Assembly (NCBI RefSeq): GCF_000341395.1
Contig: NC_020304.1
Location: 1,560,001 to 1,592,000, forward strand
From: Desulfocapsa sulfexigens DSM 10523
GTDB lineage: Bacteria; Desulfobacterota; Desulfobulbia; Desulfobulbales; Desulfocapsaceae
Direction of reading: 5' to 3'
DNA: 32,000 nt
Under the pieces are notes generated by a model. It was not told the origin of the DNA and did not search any database. It saw only the letters and a list, made by a program, of their open reading frames with translations. Positions within the stretch are counted from its first letter, which is position 1. Each line of letters begins with the position of its first letter. Shown piece by piece: positions 1 to 9,859 of the stretch. Both the position numbers and the translations under genes were made by a program.

Positions 1-84
1 GTATATTCCACTCTGAAGTAATGTGGTGAACCTGGGAAGTGACCCACTTTCCACGGTGAGGGTGATATGCTTCATTGGCAGTGC

Positions 85-1182
85 TCACATTCGTTGAACA
101 TATTGGTCGTATTTGGCAAAATAGATCTCCGTCAGTGTCAGAAAACCGGTGACTATCAAAGGCCCATAAATAATGCCCAATACCCCGTAAACACTGAGGC
201 CTCCGAGGATAGACAAAAACACCAGCAGAGTATGCATCTGCACCTCATTCCCAACCATCTTGGGTTTTACCAGATATTCGATAGAAAAGGAAAGGGAGAG
301 ATAGAAGAAAAAGATAAAAACACCCTGCCCTACACTGCCGTTCAGCATAAGGATCAGGGCAGTTGGTATCATTACAAGGCCAATGCCGAATATGGGAAGG
401 AAGGCCAGAATGGCCATGATGCCACCCCAGAGAAGAGGCGAACTCAGGCCCATGATGGAAAAAACGACACCTCCCAGTATACCCTGTATCAGGCCGCAGA
501 TACCGTTTCCTTTTAGTATGGCATTAGCAATTTCCTCGAATTTTTCCAGGAGTAACCTGTCCTCATCGTCCGGGAGTGGTGATACGGCAATTATAAATTT
601 GATCAATTTGTCCTGATCGATGAGTAGAAAAAAGATGGTCAGAATCATCATAAAAAAGAGGAAGATAAACTGAAGGATATTTGCCGCCCAGGAGCTCGCC
701 TGGTTGTAAATAAAGAGTCCTGCCATTTTGGCTAGATAGGAAAACATCGAAGTGATCTGGGCTGGTTCAAAACTGAAGCCAAATCCTTTGAGGTAGTCCT
801 GAAACTGGAGAATGAGTGGACTGTCCTGGAGGAAGATCTGAAGTTTCATCCCTACCTGAGTGCTGCGTCCCCAGTGATAAAGGCCTAATGCCTCGCTTGA
901 GAGGGCCCCGACAAAAAAGAGGAGTGGGATGAAAACTATGAATATTATGAGGAGGCAGGTGAATATTGATGCCCCTGTTTCAGGTATTTTTCTGGAGAGT
1001 ATTCGATAGACAGGTCGGAAAATATTAGTGAGCAGAAAGGAGAGCACCAGGATAGACCAGAAGGGCCAGAGGATGTGGCCAAGAAAAAGGATGGAGATAA
1101 GGAAAATAAACAGGAAATACCAGATTCTCATGGAATTGGGCCTGTTTGTCAGTTTTACCGGTGGCGTGGAGTGTTCATTCAT
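85..1182 (-). CDS. AI-2E family transporter / PerM-like permease
   Basis: 365 aa ORF with multiple hydrophobic segments and family-like stretches (IFRPVYRILSRKIPETGA, LLWGGIMAILAFLPIFGIGLVMIPTALILMLNGS, GLSVYGVLGIIYGPLIVTGFLTLTEIY). Confidence 0.85.
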   Translation of the reverse strand: MNEHSTPPVKLTNRPNSMRIWYFLFIFLISILFLGHILWPFWSILVLSFLLTNIFRPVYRILSRKIPETGASIFTCLLIIFIVFIPLLFFVGALSSEALGLYHWGRSTQVGMKLQIFLQDSPLILQFQDYLKGFGFSFEPAQITSMFSYLAKMAGLFIYNQASSWAANILQFIFLFFMMILTIFFLLIDQDKLIKFIIAVSPLPDDEDRLLLEKFEEIANAILKGNGICGLIQGILGGVVFSIMGLSSPLLWGGIMAILAFLPIFGIGLVMIPTALILMLNGSVGQGVFIFFFYLSLSFSIEYLVKPKMVGNEVQMHTLLVFLSILGGLSVYGVLGIIYGPLIVTGFLTLTEIYFAKYDQYVQRM

Positions 1183-1371
1183 TTTATTCTTTTCTCTGTC
1201 GCCTCTCTACTCCTGAAGCAGGAAAATGTTGCAATTTCCACGGAGTTGAGTACTTTTATGTCCTTTCCGGAGAGTACTGTCCAAACAGTATTTTCCGATC
1301 ACCTTACAATTACTATTCACTATATAATGGACTGCGGTTGTTTTAAAGGGAAACCGTAAAAGAGGCACATC

Positions 1372-2454
1372 ATGTGGAAAGATTTAGATATATCGGTGGT
1401 TAGATGCGACTCCGAGAAACGAAAGGATAAGCCGGATCAAAAGAATCTCGGCTTCGGTAAATTTTTCACCGATCACATGTTCCTTATGAAATGGGATCGC
1501 GAAAATGGCTGGCATAATGCTGAAATCTGTCCCTATCAGAATTTCAGCATGGATCCTGCTGCCATGGTTTATCACTACGGTCAGGCGATCTTCGAAGGTT
1601 TAAAAGCCTATAAGGGTGAAAATGACCAGATCTACATGTTTCGCCCTGAAGATAATCTGGAGCGCATGAACAGCTCGGCACTTCGTATGTGTATGCCGCG
1701 TATTCCTGTGGATAAGGTCCTGAAAGGCATTAAGGCTCTTGTCTATCTCGATCGGGACTGGATCCCCAGTGGTGATGGCGCAACACTCTATCTTCGTCCT
1801 ACCATGGTTGCTGTTGAGCCGGCACTTGGTGTCCGGCCCTCCAGTCAATACTATTTCTTCGTCATCATGTCCCCGGTTGGTGCCTACTACGCTGAAGGTT
1901 TTAATCCCACCAAGATCTGGGTGACAGACAAATATGTCCGGGCAGTCAAAGGTGGTGTGGGGCATGTCAAAACCGCGGGTAATTACGCAGCATCAATCAT
2001 GGCGGCAGAAGAAGCACATAGGGCAGGGTATACCCAGGTGCTCTGGCTTGACGCCTGTGAACGTAAGTATATTGAAGAAGTCGGAACCTCAAATATCTTC
2101 TTTAAGATTGGTGAAGATTTGATTACCCCGCCTCTTAACGGATCTATCCTCGGAGGTATCACACGTGATTCCGTTATCCAGCTGGCTAGAAGCTGGGGGG
2201 TGAATGTAATAGAAAAACAGATCACCATAGATGAAGTCTTGGCTGCCATTGAAGATGGTAGTCTGAAGGAGGCTTTTGGTTCCGGCACTGCAGCAGTAAT
2301 TGCCCCCATTGGAGAACTCTGCTACCAGGAGAAGAAGCATGTTGTGGCAGATGGTAAAACCGGCGAGTTGTCTCAGCGCCTCTTCGATGAGTTACAGGCT
2401 ATCCAAAACGGAAGACAGGACGATCCTTTTAAATGGATTGTTCGGGTCGGTTAA
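1372..2454 (+). CDS. ilvE: Branched-chain amino acid aminotransferase (class IV PLP enzyme)
   Basis: 360 aa; YHYGQAIFEGLKAYKG, RPEDNLERMNSSALRMCMP, KTAGNYAASIMAAEEAHRAGYTQVLWLDA, EEVGTSNIFF, GSGTAAVIAPIG motifs. Confidence 0.93.
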   Translation: MWKDLDISVVRCDSEKRKDKPDQKNLGFGKFFTDHMFLMKWDRENGWHNAEICPYQNFSMDPAAMVYHYGQAIFEGLKAYKGENDQIYMFRPEDNLERMNSSALRMCMPRIPVDKVLKGIKALVYLDRDWIPSGDGATLYLRPTMVAVEPALGVRPSSQYYFFVIMSPVGAYYAEGFNPTKIWVTDKYVRAVKGGVGHVKTAGNYAASIMAAEEAHRAGYTQVLWLDACERKYIEEVGTSNIFFKIGEDLITPPLNGSILGGITRDSVIQLARSWGVNVIEKQITIDEVLAAIEDGSLKEAFGSGTAAVIAPIGELCYQEKKHVVADGKTGELSQRLFDELQAIQNGRQDDPFKWIVRVG

Positions 2455-2543
2455 CTGTTTTCCTGCCCTCCGCGCGTTCTGCATTAAATAATCACATAGT
2501 TTCAAAAACTTGGGGCCGATGCTGTTTTTTTAGTGTTGGCCCC

Positions 2544-2571
2544 TTGATTTTCATAAAAGCAAACCTATAGT
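2544..2571 (+). promoter_or_regulatory. Putative sigma70-like promoter for groESL (TTGATT - 16 nt - TATAGT)
   Basis: Hexamer pattern read directly from sequence, about 110 nt upstream of groES; no CIRCE-type TTAGCACTC-N9-GAGTGCTAA repeat was seen. Confidence 0.35.
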
Positions 2572-2682
2572 TTTGCGCAGTTTGAAGACAACCGGTAGTA
2601 AACCAATTTATCAAAGCATATAAAAATGGGACTTGGATCTCGAAACCTTATATGCAATCATACGTTCCACAGGAGGAAGTAA

Positions 2683-2973
2683 ATGAAAATTCGTCCATTA
2701 AATGATCGTCTCCTTGTCAAGAGACTCGAAGAAGAAACAATGACAGCAGGTGGTATTATTATTCCAGATAGTGCCAAAGAGAAACCAGCTGAAGGTGAAG
2801 TTATAGCCGTTGGTCCTGGTAAAGTTGCTGACAATGGTGAGCGTATTGCTCTGCAGGTAAAAGAAGGAGATATGGTTCTCTTTTCTAAGTACGGCGGAAC
2901 CGATGTGAAGCTCGATGGTGAGGATTTCCTTATCATGCGTGAAGATGATATTCTTGGAATCGTAGAGAAGTAA
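2683..2973 (+). CDS. groES: Co-chaperonin GroES
   Basis: 96 aa, [18 protein letters not shown]...[25 protein letters not shown]; preceded by GGAGG RBS. Confidence 0.98.
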   Translation: MKIRPLNDRLLVKRLEEETMTAGGIIIPDSAKEKPAEGEVIAVGPGKVADNGERIALQVKEGDMVLFSKYGGTDVKLDGEDFLIMREDDILGIVEK

Positions 2974-3011
2974 CGAATACTATCCGTCAATACCCTATAG
3001 AGGAGATTTAA

Positions 3012-4676
<1,665 letters not shown>

Positions 4677-4716
4677 TTCCCCTCTGTTCAGTCCTTTCTG
4701 AACGCTTGAGCAATAC

Positions 4717-4753
4717 AAAGAAGGATCTCCTTTACGAGATCCTTCTTTTTTTT
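4717..4753 (+). terminator. Rho-independent terminator downstream of groEL
   Basis: Perfect 13-bp stem AAAGAAGGATCTC / GAGATCCTTCTTT, 6-nt loop, then T tract. Confidence 0.9.
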
Positions 4754-4828
4754 GTTGTCAACTTTTTCATATTGAAAAAAGTTGACAGTGAAAGAGGAAT
4801 AAGGTAAATATCTTCCTCTTTACATATT

Positions 4829-4905
4829 GGCGATGTAGCTCAGATGGTTAGAGCATACGGCTCATATCCGTAGTGTCCGGGGTTCAATTCCCTGCATCGC
4901 CACCA
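4829..4905 (+). tRNA. tRNA-Met (anticodon CAT), CCA encoded
   Basis: Acceptor GGCGATG/CATCGCC; anticodon stem-loop TACGG-CTCATAT-CCGTA with CAT at 4863-4865; T-arm GTCCGGGGTTCAATTCCCTG; CCA at 4903-4905. Elongator Met versus k2C-modified Ile2 cannot be fully separated by eye. Confidence 0.93.
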
Positions 4906-4915
4906 GAAACACTTG

Positions 4916-4958
4916 ATAACCCGTTAATATTGTCAAATCAATATTAACGGGTTATTTT
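4916..4958 (+). terminator. Strong hairpin terminator after tRNA-Met
   Basis: Perfect 17-bp stem ATAACCCGTTAATATTG / CAATATTAACGGGTTAT with 6-nt loop, followed by a T-rich stretch. Confidence 0.85.
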
Positions 4959-5059
4959 CGTTTTGGGCTCTTTTTTGCTCTCCACCAAAGAAAGGGGATG
5001 TCTTACATCCAGCCACCCAAGATAGATCAAATTTCAAGTTTTTTACCCACCCAGAAGTC

Positions 5060-5266
5060 TTACTCGTAACCGATACTTTCTAAAATTTCTGAAGCCATAT
5101 GCCCTGCGTTGAAATCCTTGAAGTAATAGCTGCTATAATACTCAAAATTCAAAAGTAGACTTGTGACCCCTTGGTCAACCCTGGTAGGCTTCTGTAAAGT
5201 TAACTGAGGAGCTGATATGTCACCACCAGTATACCATTTCTCTTTTATTTGCCCAGTCTTGAAATT
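5060..5266 (-). pseudogene. C-terminal fragment of an unidentified protein
   Basis: Open minus-strand frame reads NFKTGQIKEKWYTGGDISAPQLTLQKPTRVDQGVTSLLLNFEYYSSYYFKDFNAGHMASEILESIGYE*, protein-like composition, stops upstream and no usable start near its 5' end; absent from the ORF track. Confidence 0.45.
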
Positions 5267-5295
5267 TCACTAGCTGTTTGATATACCAATGTTAG

Positions 5296-6273
5296 TTGAG
5301 TGTTGCAGACGCTTGCTCGTATGTTCCTCTATGTGTATTTTTACAAAAGTCGGAAGCCAATGCAGACAAAAAAAACCTGGTGATTCTCTTTGCTGATATT
5401 GTTGGGAGTACCCGTCTTTATGAGAACTTAGGGAATGAAAAAGCACGAGAGCTGACCTCCCATTGTCTTGATCTGGTAAGTGATGTTATTACCGGTAATA
5501 AGGGGACTGTGATTAAGACTATTGGTGACGAGGTGATGTGTGTGTTCTCAGCAATAGATAAAGCAGCTGAGACAGCTATTTTGATCCAGGAAAAAGTTTC
5601 CGTATCGAATGATTATCTTGATGTGCGTTTGCAGATGAAAGTTGGTTTTCATATGGGGGACGTAATTATAGAAAAAGATGATGTTTTTGGTGATGCCGTT
5701 AACGTCGCCGCCCGGATGGTCGCACAGGCAAAAGCAGACCAGATTATTACAACCAGCGAAACTCTGAGAGAACTCCCCCCAGCTTTACGAGCTACCGCAC
5801 GTCAATTGAAAGAAGTTCATATACATGGAAAGGATAAATGCATTCAGCTCTGTGAATTAACTTGGGGAGAGGTGTCCGATCTGACTGTAGTTGGTCGGTT
5901 AAGTGATTTCGGCAATAATTGTGTAACAGAAAGTTGTACAACAATGAATCTATGTTTCCAGGGGGTTGAAATAAAGGTAAGCCAGGAAAATCCACAGGTT
6001 ACTTTTGGTAGAGGAGATACTAATACGGTGGTTGTTGATGGTCTTATGGTTTCTCGCCGGCATGCCCTTGTTGAGTGGCGTTCCAGTGGAGTTTTTTACC
6101 TGGTCGATCAGAGTACAAACGGTATCTATCTACTTGCTGAAGACAAGAAGAAACGTTTTGTTCACAGAGACGAGATACAACTGAAAAATAGTGGTTTTTT
6201 TTGGCTCAGTAAAGAAACCTTTCCAGATTCTTTACAGGCCGTTCGATATACTGAAAAAAGGCAATTAAATTGA
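5296..6273 (+). CDS. Class III adenylate/guanylate cyclase with C-terminal FHA domain
   Basis: Cyclase metal/substrate motifs LFADIVGSTRLYE, GTVIKTIGDEVM, FGDAVNVAARM; FHA core VTFGRG...VSRRHALVEW...VDQSTNGIYLL. TTG start is uncertain. Confidence 0.9.
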   Translation: MSVADACSYVPLCVFLQKSEANADKKNLVILFADIVGSTRLYENLGNEKARELTSHCLDLVSDVITGNKGTVIKTIGDEVMCVFSAIDKAAETAILIQEKVSVSNDYLDVRLQMKVGFHMGDVIIEKDDVFGDAVNVAARMVAQAKADQIITTSETLRELPPALRATARQLKEVHIHGKDKCIQLCELTWGEVSDLTVVGRLSDFGNNCVTESCTTMNLCFQGVEIKVSQENPQVTFGRGDTNTVVVDGLMVSRRHALVEWRSSGVFYLVDQSTNGIYLLAEDKKKRFVHRDEIQLKNSGFFWLSKETFPDSLQAVRYTEKRQLN

Positions 6274-6479
6274 TCTGTAGCTGTTTGTAGATGATGTGGA
6301 CGGCATCAACATTATTTGCACTATCTGTTAAAAAAATCAGAAAAACACAGAAACACGATACTATTTTCCTGGGATTTTCAAGTCAATATAGCTTCCTCAA
6401 TCGGAACTGTCGATTCAGTCTTACATTGAATAATAGGGGACCGTACTACGGTTTTTAGTGCAGTGCAGGAGCATTAAAC

Positions 6480-6893
6480 GTGGTGCGTCCCCTATTACTA
6501 CAAAATTTCGTTAAGGCGGGAGAAATTGCCCGGCTGGCTGTGCTCAACAGCTTAGGAGACCTAGCCGCTACTCATTTCCAAGATGTCTTACCTGGAGCTT
6601 TGGAGCACTTTAAGCATGTGATTGTGTTGACTCACATTCCTCCTTTCAAAGAGTCTTGCTGGCATGAAGGGGAAGTCTCAGCTGATGATTGGCTTCCTCA
6701 CTTTTCATGCAAAGCGGTGGGAGATGTGTTGGTGAAATTTATGGAAGGTTTTCCTGATAAGCAGATGACAGTTCTCTGTGGCCATACCCACAGTAGTGGG
6801 GTATGCCAGATTCTAGCAAATTTGCAGGTGAAGACAGGTGGGGCAAAATATGGATCACCAATGATTCAAGAGATTGTGGAGTTGGATAAATAA
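6480..6893 (+). pseudogene. C-terminal part of a calcineurin-like metallophosphoesterase (N-terminus missing)
   Basis: HVIVLTHIPPFKESCWHEG...DDWLPHFSCKAVGDVL...VLCGHTHSSG...VKTGGAKYGSP; no N-terminal metal-binding motifs (D-H, GD, GNH) in the ORF or in the upstream frames inspected. Confidence 0.75.
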
Positions 6894-7177
6894 TTGGTGC
6901 ATGAAGGTCACAAGTTCTTTCCCGGGGTTCAATTGTGTACATCGAAACTAATCGAGTATGAATAACACCAATTTGTATTTCCCCGCTATTCCTAAAAAAT
7001 AATCTGCAATTCCCTGATGATATCGTGATATAATCAGTAAGGATGAGACTGGAAAGTCGTGAAAAGCTTATCACCGCACAATAGCAATACAGAGGTCTCG
7101 TGAGTTTCAACGAATATCTATATGAAAACAATTTGGCCGTCACTACGATCGGCTGAGACACCAGACATGAGCAAAAC

Positions 7178-7768
7178 ATGATACAGGATATTATTAGAAA
7201 GACCCGTACGGTACGCAAGTTTCAGGGGGAAATAAAAATTTCCCAAGAGATCCTGCTGGATCTGGTTGATCTGGCCCGGCTCGGGGGGTCTGCCAGAAAC
7301 CGCCAGCCGCTTTGTTATATGTTGATTACTGCCAGCGAGCAGTGCGAAGAAATATTCCCGTTGCTCGGTTGGGCCGGATATCTGAGTGATTGGCCGGGGC
7401 CAGAAGCAGGAGAACGACCAGTCGCCTACATACTGTGTTTGCTTGACACCAAGCGATGTGAAGAGCCGGAAAATGAAGTGTATATCGATTTGGGCATTGC
7501 CAGCCAGAATATCTTGCTCGGGGCTGCAGAACGGGGGATCTTCGGATGTCGGATCGGGGCTTTCTCAAAAGATGCCATTGGCAGAAGTTTAGATCTGGAA
7601 AATCGTTATAAGCCGTTGCTTGTTTTAGCTCTTGGTTACCCGGCGGAAGAAGTGGTTCTGGAAGAAATGGAACACGATGGTGATATTCGCTATTGGCGTG
7701 ATGGGGATGGTGTACATCACGTACCAAAACGACGGTTGAGCGAAATCGTTTTGGTACCTGGATCCTGA
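7178..7768 (+). CDS. Nitroreductase family protein
   Basis: 196 aa; RKTRTVRKFQGE start, GSARNRQPLCYMLI, DLGIASQNILLGAAERGIFGCRIGAF. Confidence 0.85.
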   Translation: MIQDIIRKTRTVRKFQGEIKISQEILLDLVDLARLGGSARNRQPLCYMLITASEQCEEIFPLLGWAGYLSDWPGPEAGERPVAYILCLLDTKRCEEPENEVYIDLGIASQNILLGAAERGIFGCRIGAFSKDAIGRSLDLENRYKPLLVLALGYPAEEVVLEEMEHDGDIRYWRDGDGVHHVPKRRLSEIVLVPGS

Positions 7769-8019
7769 TGTTATACCAGGAAACATTTCACAATATTCCT
7801 TCAGACAGAAGAATGGCCTACGGGGTTTTGAAACTTGGAGGCTATGTTCCGGAAGAGATTGCTATCCGACGGGAAATTAATCAGATGGAAGATTTTTTGC
7901 GTAACGGTAGTGATACCAAGGAACGGGTTGTCCGACTGGAGCGAACGTTTGGCAAGAAACTCCAACTTCGGCCTGAATCGCCCTGCTATGACAATGTTGT
8001 TGAGCGATTGCCGAAGTGA
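7768..8019 (+). CDS. Small conserved-looking hypothetical protein, translationally coupled to the nitroreductase
   Basis: 83 aa ORF starting at a TGATG overlap with the upstream stop. Confidence 0.5.
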   Translation: MLYQETFHNIPSDRRMAYGVLKLGGYVPEEIAIRREINQMEDFLRNGSDTKERVVRLERTFGKKLQLRPESPCYDNVVERLPK

Positions 8020-8029
8020 TTACTGAATT

Positions 8030-8230
8030 ATGGCAAAAACACTGATCATCATTGGTCTTATTTTCGTCTTACTTGGTGTTTGCTGGCCATTATTGCAGAA
8101 ATTTAATCTGGGTCGGTTACCCGGTGATTTCGTCTTCAAGTCCTGGGGGTTTAAGTTTTACCTGCCTCTGACTTCCTGCATTGTTATTTCTGTGGTGCTG
8201 TCAATCTTGCTTTGGATTTTCAGGAAGTAA
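8030..8230 (+). CDS. DUF2905 family small membrane protein
   Basis: 66 aa; MAKTLIIIGLIFVLLGVCWPLLQKFNLGRLPGDFVFKSWGFKFYLPLTSCIVISVVLS. Confidence 0.85.
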   Translation: MAKTLIIIGLIFVLLGVCWPLLQKFNLGRLPGDFVFKSWGFKFYLPLTSCIVISVVLSILLWIFRK

Positions 8231-8330
8231 TCTTCAGGGGCTTCCCAGTTGTTTTTACGCTTGGCTACGTGGGGAAATAGTCGGTAAACCAAGGGGTTGT
8301 CCATAGCTTTTGCTGCTCGACCTAAGAGAA

Positions 8331-8354
8331 AGGTCAAAGGCAGACTTGACCCCC
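8331..8354. repeat. Short inverted-repeat element, possible relic of a mobile/repetitive element
   Basis: AGGTCAAAGGCAGACTTGACCCCC containing GGTCAA / TTGACC inverted repeat, exactly where the toxin reading frame is interrupted. Confidence 0.35.
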
Positions 8355-8580
8355 TTTTTTCTTTGATGAAGTTGTCCAGGCAATTGCTGATGGCTATGCT
8401 GTCAACGATGTGCCACACTGGAATAAGGAAAAATATCCCAATCAGCGAATTCTGACCGTTGTGATCCATAAATATGCCCATTTGGTACCATATGTCATTG
8501 ACGGTGAGAATTATTTTCTGAAAACTATCATTCCAAGCCGTAAGGAACAGAAACGATTACGAGGTGAGGAAAATGACTAA
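8350..8580 (+). pseudogene. N-terminally truncated toxin of a type II toxin-antitoxin pair
   Basis: Open frame with no start codon near its 5' end: PPFFFDEVVQAIADGYAVNDVPHWNKEKYPNQRILTVVIHKYAHLVPYVIDGENYFLKTIIPSRKEQKRLRGEEND*; ends ATGACTAA, overlapping the antitoxin start. Not in the ORF track. Confidence 0.7.
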
Positions 8581-8851
8581 GAAAAAAGAAAAAAACAAAC
8601 TTGATGTCTATGAACAGGAAATATTGGACAGATATGAGTCCGGTAAAATGGAGAAAAGTCCTGTTTCCGAGTCGTTGATTACTGCTGCCCTTGCAACAAT
8701 GCGAAAGAATAAAAATATCAATATCCGTATTTCAGAAAATGACCTTGAATCCATCAAGTTACAGGCCGCAAGGGAGGGGCTGCCTTACCAGACCTTGATA
8801 GGAAGCCTGATCCATAAATATGCTACCGGTTCATTAAAGGAAGTACATTAA
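8573..8851 (+). CDS. CopG-family / COG5304-like antitoxin (track start 8564; ATG at 8573 preferred)
   Basis: NINIRISENDLESIKLQAAREGLPYQTLIGSLIHKYATGSL is typical of this antitoxin class; ATG overlaps the stop of the upstream toxin fragment. Confidence 0.82.
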   Translation: MTKKKEKNKLDVYEQEILDRYESGKMEKSPVSESLITAALATMRKNKNINIRISENDLESIKLQAAREGLPYQTLIGSLIHKYATGSLKEVH

Positions 8852-8990
8852 CAAAAAGCAAAATAATAGCTAAAGAAATATCTTACGCTTGGCTAACAGA
8901 TATCCATCTTCAACTTTTCAACTCGCTAAAGCGCGTAGTGCAAATTAGACGTATCAATTGAAAACGAATTGAAAAGTAATTTTTTATCTC

Positions 8991-9854
8991 TTATAGGCCG
9001 CAGAGCATGTAGCCCAGGATTGGCTGGCATTTGTTTTTGCAGCCAGGATAGAACACTTTGTGGAATCGTGTAGAAGATTTGCTTTCCCTGCCAAAGTAGA
9101 ATTCAGTCAGTCCGAGAGGCGTAAGCCTTTTTTGGGCGGCGGCGTGGAGGAGTTTTGGGGCGCAGCAGTCGCCGGTGCCGGTCGGGATACCGCGGTCTTC
9201 ATAAAAGACATTCAGGATGGAACGCTGATTCCCTTTGAAGTTTTGGAGTTGATAGAGATCCAGAAAGACATTCATCATGGATTGGGAATATGTTCTTCGG
9301 TTTTTCTTTGCAAGGTCGAGCGCTTTCAAGGCCGCCTTCATCTGCCGGCGCCAGTCTTTTTGTGTCGCACGACCACCAGAACCCATGGCTTCTTCGAATT
9401 TGCATCTACAATGGTCTGATTGTTGTTTGCAGGACTCAATATCGGCAGTCATTTGCTCGATCGCCGACTCGATTTTTGCCATAAGCTGTGAGTATCCAGC
9501 CAGGTCAAAGGTCGGTGACACCCAGCCCTCTGCCTGCCAGCGTGTATTAAACTGTCCAGAAAATGCTCGAAGCACTACGGTGTTCCCATCACCATCAACA
9601 CATTCCAAAACCCCAAACATCTGTCCGCCTCTTTTTCCCCAGAGGCAGTCTGTGGAGAATAGTGGCTCCGGATCTGGTCGGTGAAAGTCAATCCGTTTGT
9701 TCTCCTCGAGTTCTGCCATCAGCTCAAGCGCATATCTGCGGCTGTTTCCCTCCGTCAGATAATGAACCTCATCGCAATCGGGACAATACCCGTAGCAGGT
9801 TGCGTCGTTGGGAAGTGCATCAATCAAATAATTTATATCGGCACTGTTTTTCAT
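8991..9854 (-). CDS. Homologue of the N-terminal extension domain of long RluA-type pseudouridine synthases, as a separate ORF
   Basis: GGQMFGVLECVDGDGNTVVLRAFSGQFNTRW..., GIPTGTGDCCAPKLLHAAAQKRLTPLGLTEFYFGRE...FYPGCKNKCQPILGYMLCGL. Confidence 0.7.
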   Translation of the reverse strand: MKNSADINYLIDALPNDATCYGYCPDCDEVHYLTEGNSRRYALELMAELEENKRIDFHRPDPEPLFSTDCLWGKRGGQMFGVLECVDGDGNTVVLRAFSGQFNTRWQAEGWVSPTFDLAGYSQLMAKIESAIEQMTADIESCKQQSDHCRCKFEEAMGSGGRATQKDWRRQMKAALKALDLAKKNRRTYSQSMMNVFLDLYQLQNFKGNQRSILNVFYEDRGIPTGTGDCCAPKLLHAAAQKRLTPLGLTEFYFGRESKSSTRFHKVFYPGCKNKCQPILGYMLCGL

Positions 9855-9859
9855 GGCAA

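Noticed and set aside
2455-2682. Search for a CIRCE heat-shock operator upstream of groES
   Set aside because: No TTAGCACTC-N9-GAGTGCTAA-like inverted repeat could be found.
8158-8481. 107-aa minus-strand ORF
   Set aside because: Overlaps the DUF2905 3' end and antisense to the toxin remnant; the plus-strand reading explains the sequence better.
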